Positions 7,679 to 14,850 of a stretch of 41,137 bases of DNA are shown in pieces. The position numbers and the translations under genes are program-made. The DNA is from Candidatus Adlerbacteria bacterium (lineage in GTDB: Bacteria > Patescibacteriota > Minisyncoccia > Phycocordibacterales > SBAW01). The stretch's first letter is position 1. Every line of letters begins with the position of its first letter. The notes beneath the pieces were generated by a model. It was not told the origin of the DNA, did no database searches, and saw only the letters and a list, made by a program, of their open reading frames with translations. The DNA lies in contig JAPLUW010000001.1 of NCBI GenBank assembly GCA_026397405.1, positions 1 through 41,137 on the forward strand, written 5' to 3'.

Positions 7679-8374
7679 ATGGAACTACAGCGCGGAAATG
7701 AACAGCTTGAGACGTTGAACCAGACTCTTAACGACCCCGAAGAATTGAAAAAATACAAAGAGGCGGGCGACCACTACGACCCCGCACCTCTTCCACGGCT
7801 GCTTGGCGCATGGCTCGTGTGGTGGGGCAACATTGTGTACGGTAGAGAGCCGTCGTATTTAAAATTTCGCGCGGTAGAAGTTATCGCCCGTGTACCCTAC
7901 CACTCGTGGGGTTCGGCCGCGTTTACACTCTTAACACTTTTTTATTCGAACGAACAAAAAGCAATGCACCTGTCCAAGGTAGCAACCTATGCCCGCCTCG
8001 CGGGAGACAACGAAACTATGCATGTTGTTGTTATTTCCGGGCTCGCCAAAAACGAGGAGCATGCGGGGGTCGTTCGGCACACGCTCGTCCCCATGCTATT
8101 TGCGTTCTTTTATTTTTGTTGGTCGTACATTCTGTACTTTGTAAAACCCCGCTATTCGTATGATTTAAACTATATGTTTGAAAACCACGCGTTTGAACAG
8201 TACAGCCGCTTTTTGGAAACGCATGGCGAAGAGTTACAAAAAAAGCCAATGCATAGCGAATTTCTTGCCTGGTATGGCCGCCACCCGCGTACACAGTACG
8301 AGTTTTTTCTTTCCGTACGCAACGACGAGATAATACATCGCAATACGTCTATCCAAGAAATAAATTGTAGGTAA
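7679..8374 (+). CDS. Alternative oxidase (AOX/PTOX-family di-iron carboxylate) homolog
   Basis: 231 aa. The four iron-ligand motifs appear in order: AVEVIARVPY, DNETMHVV (ExxH), FENHAFEQY and RNDEIIHRN (ExxH). These correspond to LET..VP / NERMHL / LEEEA / RADExxH in AOX. Confidence 0.7.
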   Translation: MELQRGNEQLETLNQTLNDPEELKKYKEAGDHYDPAPLPRLLGAWLVWWGNIVYGREPSYLKFRAVEVIARVPYHSWGSAAFTLLTLFYSNEQKAMHLSKVATYARLAGDNETMHVVVISGLAKNEEHAGVVRHTLVPMLFAFFYFCWSYILYFVKPRYSYDLNYMFENHAFEQYSRFLETHGEELQKKPMHSEFLAWYGRHPRTQYEFFLSVRNDEIIHRNTSIQEINCR

Positions 8375-8395
8375 TGGTTAAAAAAGCTCATTTGC

Positions 8396-8401
8396 TATAC
8401 T
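8396..8401 (+). promoter_or_regulatory. TATACT -10-like box 6 nt upstream of ATG 8408
   Basis: Exact TATACT, then agagct, then ATG. Confidence 0.45.
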
Positions 8402-8407
8402 AGAGCT

Positions 8408-8650
8408 ATGACTACAGAACACCAGGAAGAATTTAGCGTAAACGGAAAAGAGCTCGTCAAGAAAGTAAAAGAATTAATACACGCAGGAAATGCTCGACGG
8501 ATTATTATAAAAAATGAAGGTGGCGAGACTGTGGTAGAAATTCCACTCACTATCGGTGCTATAGGCGCCATAGTACTTCCCGTCCTTGCTGCCGTTGGTG
8601 CTATTGCAGCGCTTGTCACTAAGTGCACGATTGTTGTTGTAAAAAAATAA
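8408..8650 (+). CDS. DUF4342-like small protein with a C-terminal hydrophobic tail
   Basis: 80 aa. FSVNGKELVKKVKELIHAGNARRIIIKNEGGETVVEIPLTIG matches my memory of the DUF4342 pattern. Confidence 0.65.
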   Translation: MTTEHQEEFSVNGKELVKKVKELIHAGNARRIIIKNEGGETVVEIPLTIGAIGAIVLPVLAAVGAIAALVTKCTIVVVKK

Positions 8651-8654
8651 CAGA

Positions 8655-8878
8655 TAGTTTAGTACTACGCAGAGATTGACGACTCGGCTTTCCTAAGCGA
8701 GAATTAAGGAAGGTTCGGGTTGGTTAACACCTTCGGGGACAGTCGTCTTACTGTCTAGCTCGACGCTCTTTTTTGTCGAAGCAACACCGTTGTTTAGTGT
8801 CGATGGGCAATGAAGTAGTACGGCAGGATCAGCATGCCTGCCAGAAGTGTCATTGAACCACCCGAACCACCTTTTCTC
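8655..8878 (+). ncRNA. Candidate structured RNA of unknown class, or a structured 3' UTR
   Basis: Non-coding stretch with nested helices. Long-range pairing joins GGTTCGGGTTGG (8712-8723) to CCACCCGAACC (8858-8868). There is a C(UUCG)G hairpin at 8730-8737, GGCAGG/CCTGCC at 8822-8842 and GACAGT/ACTGTC at 8738-8755. A strong plus-strand terminator caps it at 8879-8911. Confidence 0.3.
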
Positions 8879-8911
8879 GCCACATGACTTGTTCTGTGGC
8901 TTTTATTTTTT
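8879..8911 (+). terminator. Intrinsic terminator
   Basis: GCCACA-tgacttgttc-TGTGGC followed by TTTTATTTTTT. Confidence 0.7.
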
Positions 8912-9005
8912 ATTCTTTTGTAACTTTGCAGCCGCACGAGCATGAACCGTCGGCTTCTGCATGTGTGTGGTTGCAAGCGCTGCAGGTTGTTTTTGTTTCT
9001 TCCAT
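8910..9005 (-). CDS. 31-aa Cys-rich micro-ORF (MEETKTTCSACNHTHAEADGSCSCGCKVTKE)
   Basis: Translated by hand from the minus strand. It contains CxxC...CxCxC. No clear SD or -10 box is present and it is not in the ORF track because it is under 60 aa. Confidence 0.25.
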   Translation of the reverse strand: MEETKTTCSACNHTHAEADGSCSCGCKVTKE

Positions 9006-9077
9006 AAAGTTATCTTAATTGGATAATACCTATACATTATGTGCCATAGGGCATGTGTTTTTAATGAACAGGATTGC

Positions 9078-9083
9078 TATACT
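9078..9083 (+). promoter_or_regulatory. TATACT -10-like box 6 nt upstream of ATG 9090
   Basis: Exact TATACT, then tcgata, then ATG. Confidence 0.45.
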
Positions 9084-9089
9084 TCGATA

Positions 9090-9548
9090 ATGCAAAAGGT
9101 TATTAGTGGGTTCCCTGGGGTCGGTAAGTAGTGGTTTTTCAAAAACCCGAACGGGCGCATTATTGCCGACAGCGACTCGACCAATTTTAGTTGGTTAGAC
9201 CAGTCAAAAACAACCAGGCACCCACAGTGGCCAAATAATTATATTGAACACATTCGCTCTGCCGTAGAAACTGCCGACCTAGTGTTTGTCTCGGCACATA
9301 AAGAAGTACGCGAGGCATTGGTGCAGGCCGGCATCCCGTTTACTGTCGTGCACCCTTCGCTTGAAATGAAGGACGAATATATCGGGCGATATATTGCCCG
9401 CGGCAACGCCCCAGAGTTTGTACAACTTTTGGAAGAAAATTATGAGAAGTGGATTACTGACATTATGGTGCAACAAGGGTGCGAACATATTGTTCTAAAA
9501 CCGGGCCAGTACTTAGTAGACGTATTTGACGAAAAAGCTTCTGTGTGA
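9090..9548 (+). pseudogene. P-loop NTPase/kinase gene with an in-frame TAG inside the Walker A motif
   Basis: ATG 9090 reads MQKVISGFPGVGK, then TAG (9129-9131), then continues in the same frame as WFFKNPNGRIIADSDSTNFSW...VFVSAHKEV... to 9548. The stop sits exactly where the Walker A Ser/Thr (GxxGxGK[ST]) is expected. Confidence 0.6.
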
Positions 9549-9575
9549 TATATAAATGCCAGAGGCCCTCTAGCG

Positions 9576-9761
9576 ATGAAAGGATCTGTAGTGTTTACAA
9601 AAGAGCAACGAGACCACTACAACTGGAAGTTGCGTGGGGGCCCAGGGTCCCAAACGACTTCCAAAAAACCAAAACCTGCTCCCAAGAAGCAGGACGCAAA
9701 GAAAAACGACTCCCCCAATCTGTATGAAATGAGGTGCGCGATGATGGGCGAAAAACCCTGA
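9576..9761 (+). CDS. Small basic Lys/Pro-rich hypothetical protein
   Basis: 61-aa ORF followed by a plus-strand terminator. No family was recognised. Confidence 0.35.
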   Translation: MKGSVVFTKEQRDHYNWKLRGGPGSQTTSKKPKPAPKKQDAKKNDSPNLYEMRCAMMGEKP

Positions 9762-9822
9762 CCGCCACCTTCCTTCAAAACTGCTCCCTTTCTCTCCAGA
9801 GAAGGTGAGCGGTTTTTCTTTT
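9762..9822 (+). terminator. Intrinsic-terminator-like long hairpin
   Basis: CCGCCACCTTC ... GAAGGTGAGCGG with one bulge and a ~29-nt apical region, followed by TTTTTCTTTT. Confidence 0.45.
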
Positions 9823-9824
9823 GT

Positions 9825-9856
9825 ATAAAAAAACTCTGCCGTATCATTGGCAGAGT
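9825..9856 (-). terminator. Intrinsic terminator of the 9867..10151 gene
   Basis: ACTCTGCC-gtatcatt-GGCAGAGT, with a T run following on the minus strand. Confidence 0.6.
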
Positions 9857-9866
9857 GCGTAGCGTC

Positions 9867-10151
9867 TCAATTATTTTTTCTCTTCTTTTGGATAAGCGCG
9901 ACAAGGTCGACTCCAGTCTTGATAGCCCCCATTTCCCTATCGGTAACCTCTTGTCCAGTTTCCTCTTCAAACTTTCCAAAGATATCATACCAATCGAGTG
10001 AATCGAGAGCCATTTCTTGTGTCTTATCTTCTGGCCTCATACGGACCAGCGCCAACTGCCCCTTGTCTGATATGTCGGTTTTTGCAGCAAGCTCGACAAG
10101 AAACTCTCTTGCCTTCAAAAACTCGCGTGATAGTTCCGCAATTTTGGGCAT
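9867..10151 (-). CDS. Acyl/peptidyl-carrier-protein-like small protein
   Basis: EMALDSLDWYDIFGKFEEETGQEVTDREMGAIKTGVDLVALI resembles ACP (DSLD..EEEFG..I.DEE...T..D.V.YI). GGAGG lies 5 nt upstream of ATG 10151 (MPKIAEL). The ORF track opens this frame at 10178. Confidence 0.55.
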   Translation of the reverse strand: MPKIAELSREFLKAREFLVELAAKTDISDKGQLALVRMRPEDKTQEMALDSLDWYDIFGKFEEETGQEVTDREMGAIKTGVDLVALIQKKRKNN

Positions 10152-10259
10152 AGCGCCCTCCCTTACCTGGTGAGACAAATCTCGGAAAGAACTACCGAGA
10201 GGGTATATGCTTTTCTTCGGGCGGTCAATGCGGGTTTTTCTTTTCTATACAGTCAGTGC

Positions 10260-10265
10260 TATTCT
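10260..10265 (+). promoter_or_regulatory. TATTCT -10-like box 7 nt upstream of ATG 10273
   Basis: TATTCT, then aaaacct, then ATG. Confidence 0.3.
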
Positions 10266-10272
10266 AAAACCT

Positions 10273-10686
10273 ATGAAAAAAATCGTCCGACATTTTAAAG
10301 CAGCCCCACTCGCCTTGCGTGTTGGGCGCTCGCGCACAGGACGCGGACTTTTTGCGGGTGAAGATATTCCCAAGGGTACCTGCATCATTGAATACACCGG
10401 CCGCCCAGTCCTCGGACAGGAACAATACACCCACCGCGGGAAATATCTTTTTGAAACAGGTAAAGGAACGATGATAGATGGCAACACGTCGACCAACACT
10501 GCAAAGTTTATTAACCATTCGTGCAAACCTAACTGCGAAATAGACATCCGCAGTCGAAGGATATTTGTATTTGCTCTGCGCCGTATAAAAAAAGACGAAG
10601 AATTGACCTACGACTACGACGAAGAATATTTTGACACATACATAAAACCAAAAGGATGCAGGTGCACTGCATGTAGCCCTCATTAA
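10273..10686 (+). CDS. SET-domain protein (lysine methyltransferase fold)
   Basis: It has GRGLFAGEDIPKGTCIIEYTG, NHSCKPNCE, the ELTYDY signatures and a Cys-rich post-SET CRCTACSP. The ORF track opens this frame at 10207. Confidence 0.85.
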   Translation: MKKIVRHFKAAPLALRVGRSRTGRGLFAGEDIPKGTCIIEYTGRPVLGQEQYTHRGKYLFETGKGTMIDGNTSTNTAKFINHSCKPNCEIDIRSRRIFVFALRRIKKDEELTYDYDEEYFDTYIKPKGCRCTACSPH

Positions 10687-10738
10687 CCATACGCTTCTTT
10701 ATTTCTCCTTTTAGGAGTACCGTTAAAGAACTGCGAAC

Positions 10739-11157
10739 ATGGACAAGATATACAACAGTCGTTACATGACATATACACCAAACGCGAATGGCGGATAGCC
10801 GGAGTCTTATTTGTTTCCTATGTTGCTATCCACTGCCTCATTGCATACTTTGTCCCCGCGGCGGCACTGCTCGACCCTGCGTCGGCAGTTGCACTAACGT
10901 CGCTGTACTTTGGCGGCTGGAGGCTGTGGCCCGTTGTGTACATTGCCTCACTCACGGCCAATGCCATAAGCGGCACATCACCCGCGTATATTTTTATCTT
11001 ACCTATTATCGAAGTGCTGCAAGCAACGGCTGGTTCATACCTGTTGCACAAGGCGCATATCGACCCGCTCTTCCGCCGCTACCGTGACACCTTTTACTTT
11101 GTAGGGACCACGGTCGGTATTTCCTTAATTGAGCCGACACTACCACAAGGAATATGA
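10739..11157 (+). pseudogene. Remnant of a MASE1-like sensor (histidine kinase N-terminal membrane domain), frameshifted and truncated
   Basis: ATG 10739 opens a 19-codon frame. The MASE1-like membrane domain (REWRIAGVLFVSYVAIHC...WRLWPVVYIASLTANAISG...EVLQATAGSYLL) runs in another frame with no start codon before 10936 and stops at 11157. No kinase core follows. Confidence 0.5.
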
Positions 11158-11689
11158 CGTTATTATTTTAGACCTTACCCTGCCAGGTATGGACGGTATG
11201 GGCATTACACAGGCGTTGCGTGCCGAGGCTGTGAGCACACCGATTATTATCCTCACCGGCCAAGGACAAACAGAAACTAAAGTCGACTTGCTAAATGCCG
11301 GCGCGGACGACTACGTTGTAAAACCATTTTCGACAGAAGAGCTTGTTGCACGCATCGCCTCCGTTGCGCGCCGGCCAGCAACTGTCCCCACTGTTGTGCA
11401 CACTGTGGGCGACATCACCATAGACACGGCAACTCACAAAGTATTTATCGCAGGCAAAGAAGTAACACTTACGCTCAAAGAATATGCCTTGCTCGAATGT
11501 TTCCTTCGTCGGCCCGGCGAAGTCTGCACGCGAGAAGAGCTTTCCAGCCACGTGTGGGATTTTAACTCCATGACCTGGAGCAACGTGTTGGATGTGCATA
11601 TGAAAAACCTCCGCAAAAAACTAGAACGCACTTCCTCCTCGCCCCGTTTTGAAACAGTACGTGGTGTTGGTTACCGCTTTGTAGCATAG
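11129..11689 (+). pseudogene. OmpR-family response regulator lacking the first ~40-45 residues of the receiver domain
   Basis: The frame is closed by TAA at 11126-11128. The ORF starts in mid-receiver at ...YDVIILDLTLPGMDG. The phospho-acceptor Asp, KPF and the winged-helix C-terminus (VRGVGYRF) are present. The beta1/acidic-pocket N-terminus is absent. Confidence 0.6.
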
Positions 11690-11776
11690 GCACGCAGCCG
11701 CATGGTTGACAAATAAGCCCTAATTCTATACGGTCTAAATTAGAGACTGCACATAGGAAACAGTGGGGATACTGCC

Positions 11777-11917
11777 ATGAAAATTGTCTTGTTTTTGGTG
11801 CTTATTTCTTGCACCCTTACATTCCCAGCTATATACCCGCTCTGGTGTGTAGTTCTCGCGCTATGGTGGTGTCACATCACCATGCATCCTTTGCGCGAGA
11901 CAAGCCGCCGTGAGTAA
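11777..11917 (+). CDS. 46-aa hydrophobic micro-protein (MKIVLFLVLISCTLTFPAIYPLWCVVLALWWCHITMHPLRETSRRE)
   Basis: Translated by hand and followed directly by a terminator. It is not in the ORF track because it is under 60 aa. Confidence 0.35.
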   Translation: MKIVLFLVLISCTLTFPAIYPLWCVVLALWWCHITMHPLRETSRRE

Positions 11918-11923
11918 ACACAA

Positions 11924-11953
11924 CCGTCCCTACCCAGGGCGGTTTTTCTTTTT
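11924..11953 (+). terminator. Intrinsic terminator
   Basis: CCGTCCCT-accc-AGGGCGG with one bulge, followed by TTTTTCTTTTT. Confidence 0.55.
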
Positions 11954-11960
11954 ATACTAA

Positions 11961-12344
11961 CTAGCCGTAGTATTTAAATGCGCGGAAGCCAAGTAAGCAC
12001 AGTGCACCAAAGACGACACACAGCACTAATATAATTATTTTTTCCATACTTGGACTGTTAAATTTTTGCAAAAGAAAAAACGCTGCCACAAAACCAAGCT
12101 GAGCCGTGGCAATGTCACCGAGCGAGTTTGTGTACGCTTCGGTACGCGACATGCGCGTAATACGTTCAAACAACTCCCATCCAATGCCTATTGAAAGTGC
12201 TATCCAAAAACTTACATAAAAACTAAAGTCAAAAAAGAACAGGAGGTATGCAATAACAACACCAGAAATGACGTGCGGCACACTCCAGAGATCAACATAT
12301 TTCCCCCGCCACGTACTTCTGCGCTGTAAAAACTTCCGTGACAT
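11961..12344 (-). CDS. Integral membrane protein, hypothetical
   Basis: 127 aa with four hydrophobic segments. On the minus strand, TATATA plus 6 nt precedes the ATG. Confidence 0.55.
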   Translation of the reverse strand: MSRKFLQRRSTWRGKYVDLWSVPHVISGVVIAYLLFFFDFSFYVSFWIALSIGIGWELFERITRMSRTEAYTNSLGDIATAQLGFVAAFFLLQKFNSPSMEKIIILVLCVVFGALCLLGFRAFKYYG

Positions 12345-12382
12345 ATACTGTATATAGTACTACAGAGCGCTGTTTTACTGAT

Positions 12383-13408
12383 ATGATAAGAAAGATGAAG
12401 TTACGAAAGTCTGCCGTGTTTCGCACTACATGGCGCATGCGGAAATTTTTGTACGGGCTCGGTATTGCCACGGTACTGCTCTCAACTCTTTTTTTTGTAT
12501 TGCCGAGCATGTTGTTTTGGCAGCAGGATACTAGTTCGCAACCACCCTTCCCTGTCACTGTTGACCCTTCAAAAAAAACTATTAAAGAAAGTCCTGCAGT
12601 TGAAGCAATGTTCCAAAAACAGCACACGCCTTTGGTTGCTGCGGTTGCAAGCGCAGGAGCTTTTTTTGAACGTGTCGCACTGCTTATAGCAGCAACGCCC
12701 CTCTACCAAAGCGTTGCTGCCGTGGGAGACGCGCCACAGATTGTGACCATAGACCCCGGAGTACGAAAGGAACAAGTTGTGGCAAAATTTGCCAAAGTAC
12801 TGGGGTGGAACGCAAATACGCAAAAACAATTTTTACAGTTGCCACCCGTTTCGAACGAAATACTTACCGAAGGGAGCATTGCACCTGGAAACTACGCTGT
12901 CTCAAGTGACACATCTATAGGTGCACTACAGCTCGAAGTTGCGGAACGTTTTTCCGACTCTGTGCTGTCACGATACACCAAAGCTGTACAAGAAATTGTC
13001 CCCTTAAACGACGGGCTCACTATGGCGTCTATAATTGAGCGCGAAACAAGCGACCCAGACGAGATGCGGATAATTTCCGGTATTATTTGGAACCGCACAT
13101 TTGTTGGGATGAAGTTACAAATGGACTCGACACTGCAGTACGCAAAAGCAACCGGCAAAGGCCCGTGGTGGCCTATTGTCTACCCAAAGGACAAATACAT
13201 CGACTCGCCATACAACACCTACCAAAACGCAGGACTCCCCCCGGCACCTATTGCCAACCCAAGCGTTGCTGCAGTACTTGCGGCGCTTAACCCTAAAAAA
13301 ACCTCGTGCCTCTTTTATTTCCATGATGACGACGGTAACTTTCATTGCTCGGACACGTACGAAAAGCACGTTGCAATGTTAAAGAAATACTACGGGCAAG
13401 GTAAGTAG
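12383..13408 (+). CDS. mltG: Endolytic murein transglycosylase MltG (YceG-like)
   Basis: It has an N-terminal TM anchor and the YceG core MASIIERETS...GIIWNR...MKLQMDSTLQY...YNTYQNAGLPPAPIANPS. The frame is open from GTG 12338 and ATG 12383 is the likely start. Confidence 0.85.
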   Translation: MIRKMKLRKSAVFRTTWRMRKFLYGLGIATVLLSTLFFVLPSMLFWQQDTSSQPPFPVTVDPSKKTIKESPAVEAMFQKQHTPLVAAVASAGAFFERVALLIAATPLYQSVAAVGDAPQIVTIDPGVRKEQVVAKFAKVLGWNANTQKQFLQLPPVSNEILTEGSIAPGNYAVSSDTSIGALQLEVAERFSDSVLSRYTKAVQEIVPLNDGLTMASIIERETSDPDEMRIISGIIWNRTFVGMKLQMDSTLQYAKATGKGPWWPIVYPKDKYIDSPYNTYQNAGLPPAPIANPSVAAVLAALNPKKTSCLFYFHDDDGNFHCSDTYEKHVAMLKKYYGQGK

Positions 13409-13415
13409 ATACTAT

Positions 13416-13637
13416 ATGAATGAATTTATTATAGGTGGTGGCGTATTTCTTCTTGTACTAGTACTCGCATGTTTGTATGTCTGGGCCACTGCCCCGTTTG
13501 TTGTAGATGGGGAAGAAAAAGATAGTGTTGAAGAACAGACTCCCGGAGAAGCCGCCGAGGAAATAGCTGACGAGCAAGAGGAAGAAGTCGCCCATAGTGT
13601 AGCGGAACGAAAAGAAGAATTTCATTCAGAAAATTAG
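13416..13637 (+). CDS. Small membrane-anchored acidic protein
   Basis: 73 aa with one N-terminal TM helix and a Glu-rich tail. It lies immediately downstream of mltG. Confidence 0.45.
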   Translation: MNEFIIGGGVFLLVLVLACLYVWATAPFVVDGEEKDSVEEQTPGEAAEEIADEQEEEVAHSVAERKEEFHSEN

Positions 13638-13673
13638 GTACTTCACTCCTGCGTGAGTATTTTTTTTATTTGT

Positions 13674-13679
13674 TATACT
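13674..13679 (+). promoter_or_regulatory. TATACT -10-like box 8 nt upstream of ATG 13688
   Basis: Exact TATACT, then agtaactt, then ATG. Confidence 0.45.
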
Positions 13680-13687
13680 AGTAACTT

Positions 13688-14731
13688 ATGCAAAAAAGAA
13701 CACTACCAAACACTGACATGAAGGTCTCTGCAATCTGCCTTGGCAGCATGAACTGGGGCCAGCAAAACACGGAAAGTCAGGCACACGAACAGCTCGACTA
13801 TGCTACCGGACACGGCATAAATTTTATCGACACTGCAGAAATTTACCCAGTTCCCCCGCAGCGCGACCTGCAAGGCACAACGGAAAAATACTTGGGTTCG
13901 TGGCTTGCAAAAACTGGCAAGAGAAAAGACTTAATTATTGCAAGCAAGGTTGCGTGTATGCTTCAAAAAAATTCTATCGGCACACGCCAAGCCTCAGGCC
14001 TTACCCGTGCCGAAATCCGCGAAGCAATAGACGGCTCACTGACACGGCTTGGCATTGACTATCTCGACCTCTATCAACTGCATGGGCCCGACCGCCTTAC
14101 CAATGTGTGGGGGCGCTACGGAGTTGAAGATGTGGACACTGCACAAGATGGCGCCTCAATTGAAGAAACGCTCACTGCGCTCGCTGAACTTGTTAAAGAA
14201 GGCAAAGTTAGGGCTATTGGTGTTTCGAATGAATCACCCTGGGGCGTGATGGAATATCTGCGCCTCGCACGCGAAAAAGGTTTACCGCGTATTTCAACCA
14301 TACAAAATCAATATTCCCTATTAAACCGAAAATTTGAAATTGGCCTTTCGGAAATATGCCTGCGCGAAAACGTTGGCCTACTTGTCTACTCTGCACTTTC
14401 AATGGGTTCGCTTACTGGAAAATATTTGGGTGGCGCGCGGCCTGCCGGCAGCCGCCTTGCATTAACCGACCGCAACGCACACTACAACCCACCGCAGTCG
14501 CAAGCAGCTATTGCCCGTTATGTAGACCTGGCAAAAAAGTATGGGCTCGACCCGGCAGCCATGGCCATTGCCTTTGCGACGTCACGCCCGTTTACTACAA
14601 GCACTATTATTGGCGCAACCACTCTCGAGCAATTGGCCGTAGATATTGAAGCCGGAAACATCTCCCTCCCGGCAGAATTGATGGAGGAAATTGCAGTGGT
14701 CCATCGAGAACTACCGAACACACACGCTTAA
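13688..14731 (+). CDS. Aldo/keto reductase (Tas-like NAD(P)H-dependent oxidoreductase)
   Basis: 347 aa with GSMNWG, INFIDTAEIY, DYLDLYQLH and GVSNES blocks typical of the AKR family. Confidence 0.9.
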   Translation: MQKRTLPNTDMKVSAICLGSMNWGQQNTESQAHEQLDYATGHGINFIDTAEIYPVPPQRDLQGTTEKYLGSWLAKTGKRKDLIIASKVACMLQKNSIGTRQASGLTRAEIREAIDGSLTRLGIDYLDLYQLHGPDRLTNVWGRYGVEDVDTAQDGASIEETLTALAELVKEGKVRAIGVSNESPWGVMEYLRLAREKGLPRISTIQNQYSLLNRKFEIGLSEICLRENVGLLVYSALSMGSLTGKYLGGARPAGSRLALTDRNAHYNPPQSQAAIARYVDLAKKYGLDPAAMAIAFATSRPFTTSTIIGATTLEQLAVDIEAGNISLPAELMEEIAVVHRELPNTHA

Positions 14732-14770
14732 ATAAAGAAAAAGCTTATCGCGTACAAATTAAGACAAAAC

Positions 14771-14840
14771 AAAAACTCCCTGAAAAAAGTCTGGCCTCGC
14801 CCAAGCGAGGAGATCCGAGGACTTTTTGAAGGGAGTTTTT
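14771..14840. terminator. Long compound hairpin between convergent genes (bidirectional terminator)
   Basis: AAAAACTCCC (14771-80) pairs with GGGAGTTTTT (14831-40). AAAAAGTC pairs with GACTTTTT. The apical helix is CCTCGC-ccaa-GCGAGG. Confidence 0.65.
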
Positions 14841-14850
14841 GTGAAGTCTA

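Noticed and set aside
8655-8878. Assigning the structured region to RNase P RNA, SRP/4.5S RNA, tmRNA, 6S RNA, or a TPP, cobalamin or c-di-AMP riboswitch
   Set aside because: I could not find the diagnostic conserved strings in the right context, such as GGAAAGUCC near a 5' end, the SRP GGAA/AGCA loops, a tRNA-like CCA end or the TPP CUGAGA box. I left it unclassified.
8794-8976. 60-aa minus-strand ORF in the 8.65-9.0 kb gap
   Set aside because: It crosses the plus-strand terminator hairpin and the helical region. It has no start signals and a low-complexity translation.
9129-9131. TAG reassignment or a recoded amber codon
   Set aside because: TAG clearly functions as a stop for several well-delimited genes here (for example at 5154-5156, 11687-11689, 20285-20287 and 14851-14853). 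A nonsense mutation is the simpler explanation.
10207-10272. Upstream start (10207) for the SET-domain gene
   Set aside because: The extra 22 residues are hydrophobic junk overlapping the divergent promoter region. ATG 10273 has a -10-like box at the characteristic 7-nt spacing and matches where SET homologs begin.
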